Shown here one piece after another: positions 38,010-52,469 of a stretch of DNA of 64,000 nucleotides. The DNA lies in the NCBI RefSeq assembly GCF_009914755.1, contig NC_060926.1. One strand, 5' to 3'. The position numbers were made by a program, and so were the translations under genes. A model generated the notes under the pieces. That model was not told the origin of the DNA, made no database searches, and was given only the letters and a program-made list of their open reading frames with translations. The DNA is from the human T2T-CHM13v2.0 reference genome, Homo sapiens. Every line of letters starts with the position of its first letter. Position 1 is the first letter of the stretch.

Positions 38010-39025
38010 TTACATTTTGGCATGATTTTGCAGCGGCTGGTACCGGTTGTTCCTTTCCATGTTTAGCGCTTCCTTCAGGAGCTCTTTTAGGGCAGGCCTG
38101 GTGGTGACAAAATCTCTCAGCATTTGCTTGTCTATAAAGTATTTTATTTCTCCTTCACTTATGAAGCTTAGTTTGGCTGGATATGAAATTCTGGGTTGAA
38201 AATTATTTTCTTTAAGAATGTTGAATATTGGCCCCCACTCTCTTCTGGCTTGTAGGGTTTCTGCCGAGAGATCCGCTGTTAGTCTGATGGGCTTCCCTTT
38301 GTGGGTAAGCCGACCTTTCTCTCTGGCTGCCCTTAACATTTTTTCCTTCATTTCAACTTTGGTGAATCTGACAATTATGTGTCTTGGAGTTGCTCTTCTC
38401 GAGGAGTATCTTTGTGGCGTTCTCTGTATTTCCTGAATCTGAACGTTGGCCTGCCTTGCTAGATTGGGGAAGTTCTCCTGGATAATATCCTGCAGAGTGT
38501 TTTCCAACTTGGTTCCATTCTCCACATCACTTTCAGGTACACCAATCAGACGTAGATTTGGTCTTTTCACATAGTCCCATATTTCTTGGAGGCTTTGCTC
38601 ATTTCTTTTTATTCTTTTTTCTCTAAACTTCCCTTCTCGCTTCATTTCATTCATTTCATCTTCCATTGCTGATACCCTTTCTTCCAGTTGATCGCATCGG
38701 CTCCTGAGGCTTCTGCATTCTTCACGTAGTTCTCGAGCCTTGGTTTTCAGCTCCATCAGCTCCTTTAAGCACTTCTCTGTATTGGTTATTCTAGTTATAC
38801 ATTCTTCTAAATTTTTTTCAAAGTTTTCAACTTCTTTGCCTTTGGTTTAATGTCCTCCCGTAGCTCAGAGTAATTTGATCGTCTGAAGCCTTCTTCTCTC
38901 AGCTCATCAAAATCATTCTCCATCCAGCTTTGTTCTGTTGCTGGCGAGGAACTGCGTTCCTTTGGAGGAGGAGAGGCGCTCTGTGTTTTAGAGTTTCCAG
39001 TTTTTCTGTTCTGTTTTTTCCCCAT
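38010..39025 (-). pseudogene. E4 ORF1p with a 1-nt frameshift near 38849
   Basis: MGKKQNRKTGNSKTQ start; diverges at REDI|KPKAKK; 1016 bp span versus 1017 expected; C-terminal 248 aa open. Confidence 0.92.
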
Positions 39026-39933
39026 CTTTGTGGTTTTATCTACTTTTGGTCTTTGATGATGGTGATGTACAGATGGGTTTTCGGTGTAGATGTCCTTTCT
39101 GGTTGTTAGTTTTCCTTCTAACAGACAGGACCCTCAGCTGCAGGTCTGTTGGAATACCCTGCCGTGTGAGGTGTCAGTGTGCCCCTGCTGGGGGGTGCCT
39201 CCCAGTTAGGCTGCTCGGGGTTCAGGGGTCAGGGACCCACTTGAGGAGGCAGTCTGCCCGTTCTCAGATCTCCAGCTGCGTGCTGGGAGAACCACTGCTC
39301 TCTTCAAAGCTGTCAGACAGGGACACTTAAGTCTGCAGAGGTTACTGCTGTCTTTTTGTTTGTCTGTGCCCTGCCCCCAGAGGTGGAGCCTACAGAGGCA
39401 GGCAGGCCTCCTTGAGCTGTGGTGGGCTCCACCCAGTTCGAGCTTCCCGGCTGCTTTGTTTACGTAAGCAAGCCTGGGCAATGGCGGGCCCCCCTCCCCC
39501 AGCCTCGTTGCCGCCTTGCAGTTTGATCTCAGACTGCTGTGCTAGCAATCAGCGAGATTCCGTGGGCGTAGGACCCTCTGAGCCAGGTGTGGGATATCGT
39601 CTCGTGGTGCGCCGTTTCTTAAGCCGGTCTGAAAAGCGCAATATTCGGGTGGGAGTGACCCGATTTTCCAGGTGCGTCCGTCACCCCTTTCTTTGACTCG
39701 GAAAGGGAACTCCCTGACCCCTTGCGCTTCCCAGGTGAGGCAATGCCTCGCCCTGCTTCGGCTCGCGCACGGTGCGCACACACACTGGCCTGCGCCCACT
39801 GTCTGGCACTCCCTAGTGAGATGAACCCGGTACCTCAGATGGAAATGCAGAAATCACCCGTCTTCTGCGTCGCTCACGCTGGGAGCTGTAGACCGGAGCT
39901 GTTCCTATTCGGCCATCTTGGCTCCTCCTCCCC
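39026..39933 (-). promoter_or_regulatory. L1HS 5'UTR: CpG-rich internal sense promoter (minus) and antisense promoter (plus)
   Basis: High CpG density 39430-39915; YY1 motif ggccatcttg 39911-39920; established L1HS architecture. Confidence 0.85.
39481..39696 (+). CDS. L1 ORF0 (71 aa, antisense ORF in the 5'UTR of E4), intact
   Basis: MAGPPPPASLPPCSLISDCCASNQRDSVGVGPSEPGVGY...VRHPFL*; splice donors GT at 39587 and 39672. Confidence 0.85.
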   Translation: MAGPPPPASLPPCSLISDCCASNQRDSVGVGPSEPGVGYRLVVRRFLSRSEKRNIRVGVTRFSRCVRHPFL

Positions 39934-40489
39934 CAAGTGTCATTTTTAAATCGATACAAAATGACATCTACATTGTGATCACATGTATAAAAAATATATT
40001 CAAAAAAGACTAGAATGAACATTGAAATATAAACAATGTACTAGGAATGAGATTATAGGTGAATTTTCTCCTCTTAAAAATACATTTTTTGAGTGGTGCC
40101 AAAAAATATATAAGTATGATAAATGTCCCCTCTCATAACATTTGGTATTTATTTCTTATGATTCTCTTTTTGTCTTGAGAACAAGGAAGCTTAAAGCTAC
40201 ATATGATATTCAGTAGCATACTATGTGAGCGTCTATGGCTAGCATTTGTTCTTCCCTTTCAAGACCTTGATTTTACCCCTTATCTTCTTTTTAGAAGGAC
40301 TAAAAATGAAGAAAAATAAACACGTGACATCCTTATCTTCAAATAGCTTGCCATATGCTTAGAGATACATTTTATATGGTTAGAGATGTTAAGAAATGTG
40401 TAATGATTAGATTGAGGCAATGCGCTGTTTGGAAGAACATCATAGAGAAGATGAGCCCCTTCAATGCATCCTTTTGGGGATTACATGAC

Positions 40490-41830
40490 GTTGATAGATA
40501 TCACTGGAGCTTCTTTGGTTAAGGTGGTGTCCCCAGATTTCTCCACTGTAAAGTCACTACTTTTCCCTTTGTAAGTATTGTATCTTCAGAGGAAGACACT
40601 TTGCGACCCTACAAATGTTCTATTTCCCTCAAACTTTCATCTACTGATTTTTAGCACCCATTAGTGGATCTCAACTATGGCAATTTTTAATTTGATTTTT
40701 ACTCATTCTAATGGTAATTTTTCTACTCCCTTCATTCCTTTAATATTTATTATTTGGATTTCTTCTATAAGGAAATTATGTCCCTTCTCCCCCATTGTTA
40801 TATTTATTCAGCTATTTGTTAATATAAGGATATTTATTTTATTCTTTGGGTTATAATCCAATATTGACATTATTTTGTTGCTCAAATTATTGGAGATTTG
40901 GCCAATGGGAACTCTTTGGGCTCTTGTGCCATTTAGACATAAACCTAACCATTGTTCTTTTTTTTTTTTTTTTTTTTACTTCTTTGCTTTATATCACCCC
41001 AAGATACTCCAGGGTCATCCTGTATTTTTCCTATTCTAGCACTGGAATGGACCACTTCTCTAGGAAACTAACCATTGTTTCTTTTATTGAAGATTAGTAT
41101 TTAGAAACCAGGATCTGAGGACTAGGTGGGCTCATTGCTACTGGATGTCATTGCTTCTAGGAACTCTCAGCAGACTAAGCTTCTCAGGGATACTTCTCCT
41201 TGGCTGTAGTTATGAGCCCAGCATATTCCTTATACCTTATCATGCCCCAGGAATGCAGTCCTCCCACCACCATTCTCCTCCCCCCACTATAATGGGTTTT
41301 TCCAGTTTACAATAAACAACTGTTTGTTGCCCTTTACCATACAGATTGATGCTTTTGTTTCAGAGGAGAAATTAATGAGAGGGGACCAGATGGGATTCTG
41401 TAGCCCTCTTCCAGCAGCTGCTTTTCTCATAACTTCACTTTTAAGGGCACTTTCCTAGGACTCTCTCCAGCCTCTTCTGCAAGTGCTCAGGAGGGTTTAT
41501 GGAGACAAAGCCTGAAGAGATTGTGGATACACCCAATTTCTCTGGTTCCTACTGCCTTCACCACTGCATATCCAGCCTCTGCCAATTCTCTAATCACCCC
41601 AATGTGTCTCTTCTTACCATCGTCTACTCGTGTCTACACCAGGCAAGTCATTGATCATTTGTCTCTCCCTAAAGTGGTCTCTCCCTTCTTATATTTTGGG
41701 ACAGGTAGTTACCCTGTGACAGTTCTCTGGCAGATTCAAGAAAAGTCATGAATTTGCAAGTTGTCTGGCTTTGTTTTCCATTATAAGAATTGGAAAAATG
41801 CTCTTTTGCTCTCTGCCTCCCTAAGCAGAA
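40490..41830 (-). mobile_element. Ancient L1MC-like fragments
   Basis: ggttaaggtggtgtccccagatttctccactgtaaagtcactac; tagtatttagaaaccaggatctg. Confidence 0.6.
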
Positions 41831-43079
41831 ATGTGTTTTATTTGTGAAATCAGCCCTGCTATATTTACTCATCTGTTTTTGGAATAGTTTCAGTAGAAAT
41901 GATACCAGTTATTCTTTGTATCTCTGGTAGAATTCAGCTATAAATCTGCCCGGTCCTGGTCTTTTTTTTTTTTTTTTTTTCATTTGTAGGCTATTTATTA
42001 CTGCCTCAATTTCAGAACTCATTATTGGTCTATTTGGGGATTCAGTTTCTCCCTGGATCAGTCTTGGGAGGTGTAAGTGTCCAGGAATTCATCCATTTCT
42101 TCTAGATGTTCCAGTTTACATGCATAGACGTGTTTAGTATTCTCTGATGGTTGTTTGTACATCTGTGGAATCAGTGGTGATATCCCTCTTAGCATTTCTG
42201 ATTGTGCGTATTTGATTCTTCTCTCTTTTTTCTTTATTAGTCTAGCTAGCAGTCTATCTATTTTATTAATTTTTTCAAAAAACCAGCTCCTGGATTTGTT
42301 GATTTTTTTCGAAGGGTGTTTGTGTCTCTATCTGCTTCAGTTCTGCTCTGATCTCAGTTATTTCTTGTCTTCTGCTAGCTTTGTGGTTTGTTTGCTCTTG
42401 CTTCTCTAGTTCTTTTAATTGTGATGTTAGGGTGTCGATTTGAGATCCTTCCAGCTTTCTGATGTAGGCATTTAGTACTATAAATTTCCCTCTTAACACT
42501 GCTTTAGCTGTATCCCAGAGATTCTGGTATGTTGTCTCTTTTCTCATTGGTTTCAAAGAACTTCTTGATTTCTGCCTTCATTTTGTTATTTACCCAGGAG
42601 TCATTCAGGAGCAAGTTGCTCAATTTCCATGTAGTGGTGTGGTTTTGAGTGAATTTCTTAGTCTTGAGTTCTAATTTGAATGGACTGTGGTCTGAGAGAT
42701 GGTTTCTTATTATTTCAACTCCTTTGCATTTGCTGAAGAGTGTTCTAATTCTGATTATCAGTTTTAGAGTAAGTGCCATGTGGTGATAAGAAGAATGTAT
42801 ATTCTGTTGTTTTGGGGTGGAGAGTTCTGTAGATATCTCTCAGCTTTGCATGATCCAGAGCTGCATTCAGGTCCTGAATATCTTCATTAATTTTCCGTCT
42901 CAATGATCTGTCTAATAATGACAGTGGGGTTTTAAAGTCTCCAACTATTATTGTATGTGAGTCTAAGTCTCTTTGTAGGTCTCAAAGAACTTACTTTATG
43001 AATATGGGTGCTTCTATATTGGGTGCATATATATTTAGGATAGTTAGATTTTCTTGTTGAATTGAACACTTTACCATTA

Positions 43080-43420
43080 CTCTCTGGGTCTCCCTTCAGG
43101 GTCAGCAGCTCAACTGTTTCCCTCTGGATGCAAGCAAGCCAAGCTATGTCCCTTTTCCATCTGCAAAGACAGACAGCTCTGGCTCTCTCTCTCTCTCTTT
43201 CCCTGGGCACAAGCACACCCGTAAAGTGTCAGCAGGGCAATTATACCTTTTACAGACAATAGTGGTGAAGAGCCAAGTGCTAGCCTTCCCATGTTATGGC
43301 TACATAGCTGTGTTTACAATATACACAGAATTGTGCACCTGTGCTACAAACTCCCTGAGTCATGCAGGATGTTTACCTCGGCCTATCCTGCCTGACTGCA
43401 GCGCAGCCATGTTCCTTACA
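43080..43420 (-). mobile_element. LTR18-like ERV LTR fragment nested in E5
   Basis: On minus starts TGTAAGGAACATGGCTGCGC; contains AP-1 site TGAGTCA 43356-43362; unrelated to the flanking L1. Confidence 0.6.
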
Positions 43421-43569
43421 CCTTGGTTTTTCCCTTACCTGGAGGTATTACCAATAAAGGCTGTGAAACAGCAAAGATGCCAGCCTGCTTCTTCCTCTGG
43501 GAACTCCATCCCAGGGTGGCTATTGACTTATTGCCAGCCTGGACACTCTTGTAGGTGTCTGGAGACCCC

Positions 43570-44290
43570 TGTTGGGAGGTGTTACCCAGTCAGAAGGGAC
43601 GGGATCAGGAGCCTGCTTAAAGAAGCAGTTTGGCTGCTTTTTGCTAGAGCAGATGTGCTACACTGAAGTTAACCCTTCCCCATCCAGACCACCTGAGCTC
43701 TCCAGAGCCAGCACGCTGGAAAGGCCAGAGAGACATCGGCTGCCTTTTCCTCCAGTGGCTCCATCCCAGGAAGAGATCAGAGTTCTGTCTGTATAACCCT
43801 GGCTGGAGTTGCTGAAATTCTCACAGGGAGGGCCCTCCCACTGAGGAGGGATGGATTGGGATCCCCCTTAAAGAAGCACTCTGATCACGATTTGGCACAG
43901 CTGTTCTGTACTGTGGGTAACTCATCCTTGACAGGACCACCTGGCCTCCCTGGAGCCAGGAGGCTAGAACTTCTGAGCTGACTAAACTGCAGAAATGGAG
44001 GCTGCCGCTCCCCTTTGGGGCTTCATCCCAGGTAAAGATCAGAGTTCTTTCCATATATCCCTGGCTGGAGTTGCTGAAATTCCCACAGGTAGGCCCCTCC
44101 CAGTGAGAAAAGATGGATTGGGGTCCCACTTAAAAAAGCAGTCTGGCTGCGATCTGGCATAACAGCTGTGCTGCATTGTGGGGGATTCCTCCTCGTCCAG
44201 ACCACCTGGACTCCCCAGCTGGCTAGAATGGCTAGGTCGACCTAACTGCAGAAATGATGGCTGCACCTCCCCTGGGAACTTGTCCATCTC
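43570..44290 (-). repeat. About 2.7 diverged tandem copies of a ~260-bp unit in the E5 5'UTR
   Basis: tcccagg..agatcagagttct..ccctggctggagttgctgaaatt at about 43765 and 44027; ttaaa(g/a)aagca at about 43617, 43868 and 44130. Confidence 0.75.
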
Positions 44291-47200
44291 AGGCAGTCTC
44301 CAGCTGGCTGGAATTCAAGCCAGTGGGTCTTAACTTGTGAGGTGTTCTGCAAGTAGGTCCCACAGAAATGATGCTGCTTGGCTCCCTGGATACAGCCCCC
44401 TTCCTAGGGGAGTATAGGAATGGCTCTCCCACCTTGCCAGGATTCCCAGGGCCGGAGTCTGTAAAATTCCTGGGTTTCTGTGTGAGCCTGAGCGACTGCT
44501 CTGCTGAGACTCTGCACAGCTTTGTGTATCGGACCCAAGGCTCTGATGGCACGGGCTCACAAGGGGATCTCCTGATCCATGGGTTACAAACATTTGTGGA
44601 AGAAGCCTGCTTTCCCCTGGTGGGGTTGCACATTCACTGCGTTCCTTGGCTGAGGGTGAGGGTTCCTTTGGCTCCGCGCCACTCCTGGGTGGGCCATCGC
44701 CCACTCTGCTTTTCTTCACTCTCCATGGATGGAGCCATCTACCTAGTCAGTCTCAATGCGAGAACCTGGATATTTCAGTTAAAGGTGCTGAGTTCACTCA
44801 CTGTTTTCATTATTCTCCATGAGAGCCATGGACTGCACCTGTTTCTCATCAACTACCTTGGCCACTCCACCCTCTGTGGATAACTTTAAAGCTCAGAAAA
44901 CAACCTTGCCATCTTTCCCTCAATAAAAACAATATCTCAATTATGGATCAAGATTCTGGAAAATCTGGCAGGTAGGATAGTCCTTCTGTGGAGGAACCAG
45001 GACTAGTTAATTTTCTTGAGCCTTAGATCCTTCAACTAGGTTAAAAAATGAAAGCATTGACCTAATTATGTCTAACCTATGGGTTAGAGCATAGGACTCA
45101 GTTAAGGTGAAAATGTTTTTCAGGCAAGGTATCCTCCTTAATTTATTAACATTTTAGAAAAATTCTTAAGACATTATCTCTAGGTCTGAGACATTACAAC
45201 ACATAGAGGTATGCTTTTGGCGGGAAAGACAGTCAACAGCCAGAAAATAGGGAAAGAACCTTTGAAGAAATGGGCTCCTGAGGAAGGTAATATTGAAAGG
45301 AAAAAGATTCCTACAGAAAGACAGCAAGTAGATTTGACAAACAAGCATGGTCTACTTCAAAATGTTGCAGAGAATAAGCAGGAAGACCATTCATTTGTGA
45401 GTTTCCATTCTGACAATTTTTGTTGGACTTGCAATAGCTCAAGTCCTAAGGAAAGGAAAACATTTTCCGAAAATTATATATCTGAATGACAGCAAAAACT
45501 ACATTCGTTAGTGATATGTAGAGCAAGGACAGAATCAGTAAAGAATGGAATTGACTATTTTGATTTGAGTCATAGACATGACTTATGAACCCTACACAAA
45601 TCATTTGATGAGAATGACTAAGATCACAGTCTGGAAGGAAAGCCACATAGTCAACCACTCATTTATTTGAAGTATGATTGTAATTAACAAACAACATACA
45701 TTTTGAATCTCTGAAATCAATTTTTAATTTTTCCCTCACCAAAGAATTGGGGGAAACCTCTTACCCCAGAACCAGTAAGAGAAGATGTCTTTCTTCCAGT
45801 CATTTCTTGCCTTTACTGTTGTGATTATTTTTTCAGGCTCACATCATTTCCATGGTTTTATTCCACACCAGCCAGCACTGAAAAAGTTTTTAAATTTCCA
45901 TCACAGCGCACGGAAAATTGTCAAGTCTCTGTCCTTCCACGTGTTTCCAGGACTAAGATATACTTAATGACAATTCTAAGTGCAATTGGTCCCTTCAATA
46001 GACTCTGAAAAAATGCATGCTTTCAATTACGTTAGAACACAAAAAAATGACACTTTTTCTGATGTGCCTAGCCCTGCAGTTATCTCTGATCTCAGCATTC
46101 TGAATTCTAGGCAGCTATTTTGAAGTTGGTGATCAGCATTATGTCTACCATGTCATCTGTTTTGGTCAGAAGAGTAACTCACTGATTAGAGTTTGAGCTG
46201 AAAATACATTTCTTGTTGGGAAGAAACCATTACAGAGATTCAAACACTACTAAACCCCTTCCCAAATACAGTGAGATTCAAGAGTTTATCATCTCAAAGA
46301 CACATAAAGACATGGCTTTTTTTAAAAGCAATAATAATATCGCTACCCATCTAATGAGGCAAGAATCTCTGTAGATATCTTTACCAATCCTCAGACACCC
46401 CAAGCAATTAGACAGGACTTAGTAACTCCACAGTTCAGGTGAAATTAGGTTATTGGATACAGTGGGAATGCTAGAAAAATATATATATTTTGTTAAATCT
46501 TCTGTAACAATGCTTCTCAAACTTCAGGTTATAACTCAATTATTAGTGCGTTCTGAAATCAATTTAGTGGTTTGTAATGGGCATTTTCTTTTAAATTAGA
46601 GTGGAATAAAAAAAGGAAAGGAAAGAAGAGAAGAGGAAAGGCTAAAATGCACACATAAGTGTAGGCATTATTTCATGGACCTTTTGACTGTTATAAAGAA
46701 TAATCAAGCACTTCACCTTTTCATTCAGTAAGCATATTTTAGGTAACTCGTTTAAACAGTTTAGTGCACGTACAGATGGCAGCTGAAGTCTGAATCCTGT
46801 ATCCATTCACATTCTACAAAGGAATATCTCTTCTTCCTCCCCCCTGCCTAGAAATATCCTTCTTATGAATGCTGTGGGCCTTAAAGTTCAGCAAGTTCTG
46901 ACTGTACCACACAGCTACTAATAGATCCAAACTCTAGGTCAAGTTGTTCATGTCCATCCAAGGCCATTACAGATCCTGAAACATTGTCACAGCTGAGGGC
47001 TGGAGTTTATTGAATGGGAAAAGGGAAAGCAAACAAAACATAGAGGAGATTAGTTTAAAAGAGATGGCAACTACTTATAATATCATACTATGAAAATAAT
47101 TCTTCACGTCTGCTGAACAACATCTCAGGTTCTCCTTTAAATCAGGACAAAGAAACTAAAGGAAAACAAGATTAAAAAGTAAATTCAAATTACTTGGAAC

Positions 47201-48214
47201 TAGGCAGAGAATGCCCAATAGACCGACAAACAGCGAAGCACTGTTCAGTGAGGGAACTACTGGGATCCCCAGAGGGGCCAGGCTCTCAGGCAATAATTAA
47301 CACCCATGTGCCGCTGTGAGCTCAACCTCATGCTGGTTGTCTTGTACACTTACCCTAAACAGAGCGCAGTCTTTTCATCCACCCAATAAACCCAGAGCAG
47401 AGATCAATCTCTGTCGGAGGGTCGGTGACCCCTGAAAATCTGGTCATGTCGTCTCTTTATTTAAAACTCTCAGTGTCTCTCTAATACTCTTAGTAAAAAG
47501 AAATCCAAATGCCTTAATGTGACCTGCAAGCTCCACTTGTACTGTCCCTGACTCCCTGACTTAGCTTTTCAGTCTCACTGTCTTTGGCTTCCATCTAACC
47601 TCTACAATTATCCCCAATGAACTTATTTGCCAAACATTTCCTGAACAGCAAATTTGGGCACATGCTCTTCACATTAACTGAAACACATTTCCCATCCTGT
47701 AAACTCCACCTTCAGTTCTTACCTCCCTTTCTCTACTAAACCTTCATCACCTCATACTTTCTCTTGCCGATGTTGCTGGCCCGTCTCCTGTGTCCCTACA
47801 ATATCCTGTCCTTCCAGACTATAAATTTCCAAACTATATTCTAGTCATCTGTTTTCTTTCCTAGGAACACAGCACCACATCCCATAGGGTACAAACACTG
47901 CAACAGCAACTAGGTCTTCTAGTTCGTGGTGCTTATTTCTTGATCTTTGTTTCTTGCTTATCCCCAGATCTTATTCAGTGATGGGCAATAATAAACTTTT
48001 TATGATCTTTGTTGCCACCATTACTGTGTTCTCAACGTATATTGAACTCTAGGTCTCCTCTGGGGCTGGTTTTTCACTCACTGTATGTATACCTTCTTTT
48101 TGCTTAAATTTGGTCATCTGTGAAATGAAGGTTATGGATAGGATTACATGAAATAATGAAGGTAAAACCCTCAGTGCAGTTCCTGGCACGTAAGCATCCC
48201 ATTCATGCTAATTA

Positions 48215-48296
48215 TTAGATTGATGCAAAGGTAATCGCGGTTTTTGCCACTGAAATTGTAATGGCAAAAACCGCGGGTACTTTTGCATCAACCTAA
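48215..48296. mobile_element. MADE1 (Hsmar1-derived MITE), palindromic
   Basis: TA-flanked ~82-bp palindrome ttagattgatgcaaagg...ttttgcatcaacctaa. Confidence 0.9.
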
Positions 48297-48907
48297 TATT
48301 TTACCCTTTTCTCTGTTCTCTAATGCCTGTATAGGGACACCTGTCTCACCTAATTGCAACCATTCCTCTGCCCATCCCCTCCACCTGTCTGGGGAGAACA
48401 CCTGGGCACTGAGAACATCTTATGCATTCCCCTTGGCCATCCCTACTGACTAAGGTAAAATTCTGGGAGCCAAGTTTAGCCAAGATCTTAAGAAACTGCT
48501 CAGAAAAAATTATATGGATTTCTGGATTTTAAATATCACCAGCCTCTTCACTGAGTCCTTTTCTGGAGCTACTGCTGACACCCTGACCAGAAGTTGTTGT
48601 ATGTAGAAGATGTCTCTATTTAGCCAACCCCTTGGGGCTAACTGAACTGGATGTTCACCTTCAGTGAATACCTTCTGTGTCTCCAAATTGTTGTGGAGGA
48701 TTCTGTTGTGGCAAATGCACTGAGAGATGCAAAGATCTGTATTCTAGTCCCTGATCTGTCACATAGTAGCTGGTGACTTTGGACAAATTCCTTAGCATGT
48801 TTCCACCTCAGTTTTATCATCAGTAAAATCTGAAGGATTGAACAGATCATCTTCTATGTTCCTTTGCGGCTACAATATTCTTTGATTCTGCGCTCCCATT
48901 CTTGGGG

Positions 48908-49370
48908 TATGTTTTAGTCTGAATTCTAGCAAAAAAAAAAAAAAAGCCAAACAAACAGATGGCACTCTCAAAGTAGGTATTTGAGGAGAATTTAATAAAT
49001 GGACTATTTATAAAGACGTGGGCAGGATGTAGGGAGACCACAAAGCGTAATGTAAACCCCAGGGCTAGTAATGGCAGAAAACCTCAACCATTCATTCACT
49101 TTCCAGAGCCCAGAGAGGCAGGCAAGGGAAGGGTCCCCCAACAATAGCAGCGGCTTTGGCATGGAGGAAGCCAGGCTGAGGTGATCCCCCAGGGAGGGAG
49201 TCAAGGGACTATTCACATGCCCAGCCCCCACCTCCCATTTGGGCTCCTCATTAGCCAACCAAATAGAATCCAGAGAACAAGAGGGCTCACTGATGCAATC
49301 CATAAGGTCAGCCACACAGAGCACAATACAGGTGGAGGAGGCTATAGAGGGACAATCAGAAGATGACAGC
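48908..49370 (-). mobile_element. Old ERVL/MaLR LTR fragment
   Basis: tgttttagtctg start, atttaataaa, cattagccaaccaa, gatgcaatccataaggtcagcc motifs. Confidence 0.5.
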
Positions 49371-49719
49371 CTCCAGAGATGCTGATGACACAGTGATAGA
49401 ACCTGGGTTCAGAGAGTCTTTTTGCACATGATGAGTTGTAATAATGCACACAAAAACATTTTTATTTTCTGAGTTTTGCCAGACCCTTGACATTCTAGTT
49501 AAGCATAAATCATTTGCAATTCCTTTAAAGAAATGGCACTGTTACCACCAGCTATATCAAATAAACCATAGGTTAGTGAAATATGAAAAATTTGTATGTT
49601 ACCATACAGTCTTTTTGGAAAGTAACTTATGGCAACATAAAATGTTTAATGTCGCCTAATAACCTATGCATCTTATTATAAAAATAGTTTTGTTTAGATG
49701 ATCTGCAGAGTATCCTTTT

Positions 49720-49930
49720 GAGGGCAGTCTAAATTATTATTATCCAATTCTTATGTAGATTTATAATTAATCTAACAACTATGATCTGACCATGAATATG
49801 CCTTTGCCATCTGGTGTCTTTACCCTGAATTTGATCATGAATAATACATAACCATCTGACAGCTGAATCCAATCCATAATGCAGCCATACGTGATGCAGA
49901 TCCATCCATAGTATACTAATTTGCATTCTC
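49720..49930 (-). pseudogene. Probable fossil hAT transposase fragment
   Basis: Minus-strand translation has LCIIHDQ (CxxH motif), preceded in another frame by TMDGSAS (TDGA-like) and followed by IIVVRLIINL; Charlie/MER58-like terminus near 50545-50590. Confidence 0.4.
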
Positions 49931-50787
49931 CATCATTTTTGTCTAATTCTTACCCAGAGCTTTTTCATTGAGTTTCAGCCACCAGGGGAACAATCCACCT
50001 ACAGACTTGGCCATATGGGATGCAGTGCATATTCTCCAGTGTCCTGGGCCTGATCCTAATTGTCACCATCCGAGCCAAAATGTGTCACTCCAAACATGGG
50101 CAGGGGTGCTCTTGGGCATTCATAAGATGCTTAATGGGGCTTTCAGCACAGTGTTGCTGACAGTGTGTGTTTTAATTAGACTTCTAAGTGCACATTTATT
50201 TTTCCCACTAGACCAGTCCTACATGTAGGTGAAAGAGACAGCCACGTGATTGTAGGTGTCAGACAGTTGTTGTCGAGCACGGCCACCTTAAAATAAGTGA
50301 AGTGTAAGTATTTTAAATTATAAGGCAAACAAACTGTTCCCCACCTGACCTCATCATCCCACCCTTCTCTGCTGTGACATCTGCAATTTCCCAGGGAGCT
50401 GGTACTCATCTATGACTTCTTCTTTTAGTAGGCACATCTGGATTGGTGGAGGCTTTAAAAATCTCTGCTTCATGTCTCCCATCTATGTACATTCTAATTC
50501 AAGTGCGTATAAAACACAGTGTTTGCCAAAATGAAAAACTTTTTTGTGGGCCCAGTTTGGCTAGCAGACCACCAGGTTATGAACTTTGTTTCATATGATT
50601 ACTAAGCTATTTCTCTCCACCAATCTTGAGCCTGAAGCATTCTAACAAGTAGGGCCTGGAATATTTGCAGTTCACAGCCAAGATCTATTCCCCTTAACAA
50701 ATTAGTTCTATACTTCCTATAAAATCTCTATTACTGTGAGCAGAAATAAAGGCTTGGAGGGTAATTTAGTGCTGAAAGAAATCTGAG

Positions 50788-51605
<818 letters not shown>

Positions 51606-52469
51606 AGTATTTTTTTTTTAACTGTGACTGTAAATAGCAGATCCTGTAGTTCCATTTCCATTGAACCTTCTAATTTCAGCCAGAGTCATTATTGAAAAGC
51701 CACTGCATTTGTTGCTGGAGATGTGGCCCAGTTTGTCTTGCATAGGTCCACCTGCTCTGTGCTTATGACCACATCTTTATGTCCACAACTAACTGAAAGG
51801 AGAAGGACCTAACTCAAGGGTATAAGGCAAGTAACCCTCAAGTCAGCCAGTGGCCCACCAAGTGGGCTAGTACCAGGGCTTTGGCCTTCTGGAAAGAAGC
51901 CCATGGGCCAAACTGATCAGAAATACATTCTTGGGCAACTTGAATATGAGATGTAGAGATTCGGCAGTTGTTGATGGGGGAAGAAGCTGAGAGACTCTCA
52001 GAGAAGGCAGTAAACAGAAACCAAGAGTGGGCAGAAGCTGTGACATAAGCAGAAGAGCGGCAGGAGTAGGTGGATTTGAGACAGAATTGGAGTCATCCCA
52101 TAGTGGATGGAAAGAGGCAGGAGAATGGGTGCATGCTGCTTGGTGAGGGAGTGAGATAGCCAGGTGCCAAGCTGGGGTTCTAGTTAAATTGCCAATTTCC
52201 ATATTTATCTTCTCTGTCTAACCCCAAAAAGTACCTGATTGCAATCCTGTCCAAAAAAAAGCCTGTTTAATCATGTAATTTCTGAAAGATTCTGAGAAAA
52301 TTAATAGGTTTAAAATGGAATAAAATTGGTTTCTGTATTTTCAAATTAAGTCTCTTTAATGACCAAGAGTGATGTGTACCTATAATTCTTATATTTCTAT
52401 TTGGAATCTACTCTTTCTGCCCTCTACTTATATAATTAGTGTTGCTGAATAGGGTCTGAGACTTTTGAG

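Larger units (their letters stand above)
41872..44870 (-). mobile_element. LINE-1 E5, older L1PA (about PA8-PA10): 5'UTR 44870-43421 and ORF2 fragment 43079-41872; ORF1 deleted; no 3' end or polyA
   Basis: 5' end reads ggagtggccaaggtag on minus; ORF2 fragments ([18 protein letters not shown]); ~260-bp tandem units in the 5'UTR. Confidence 0.85.
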
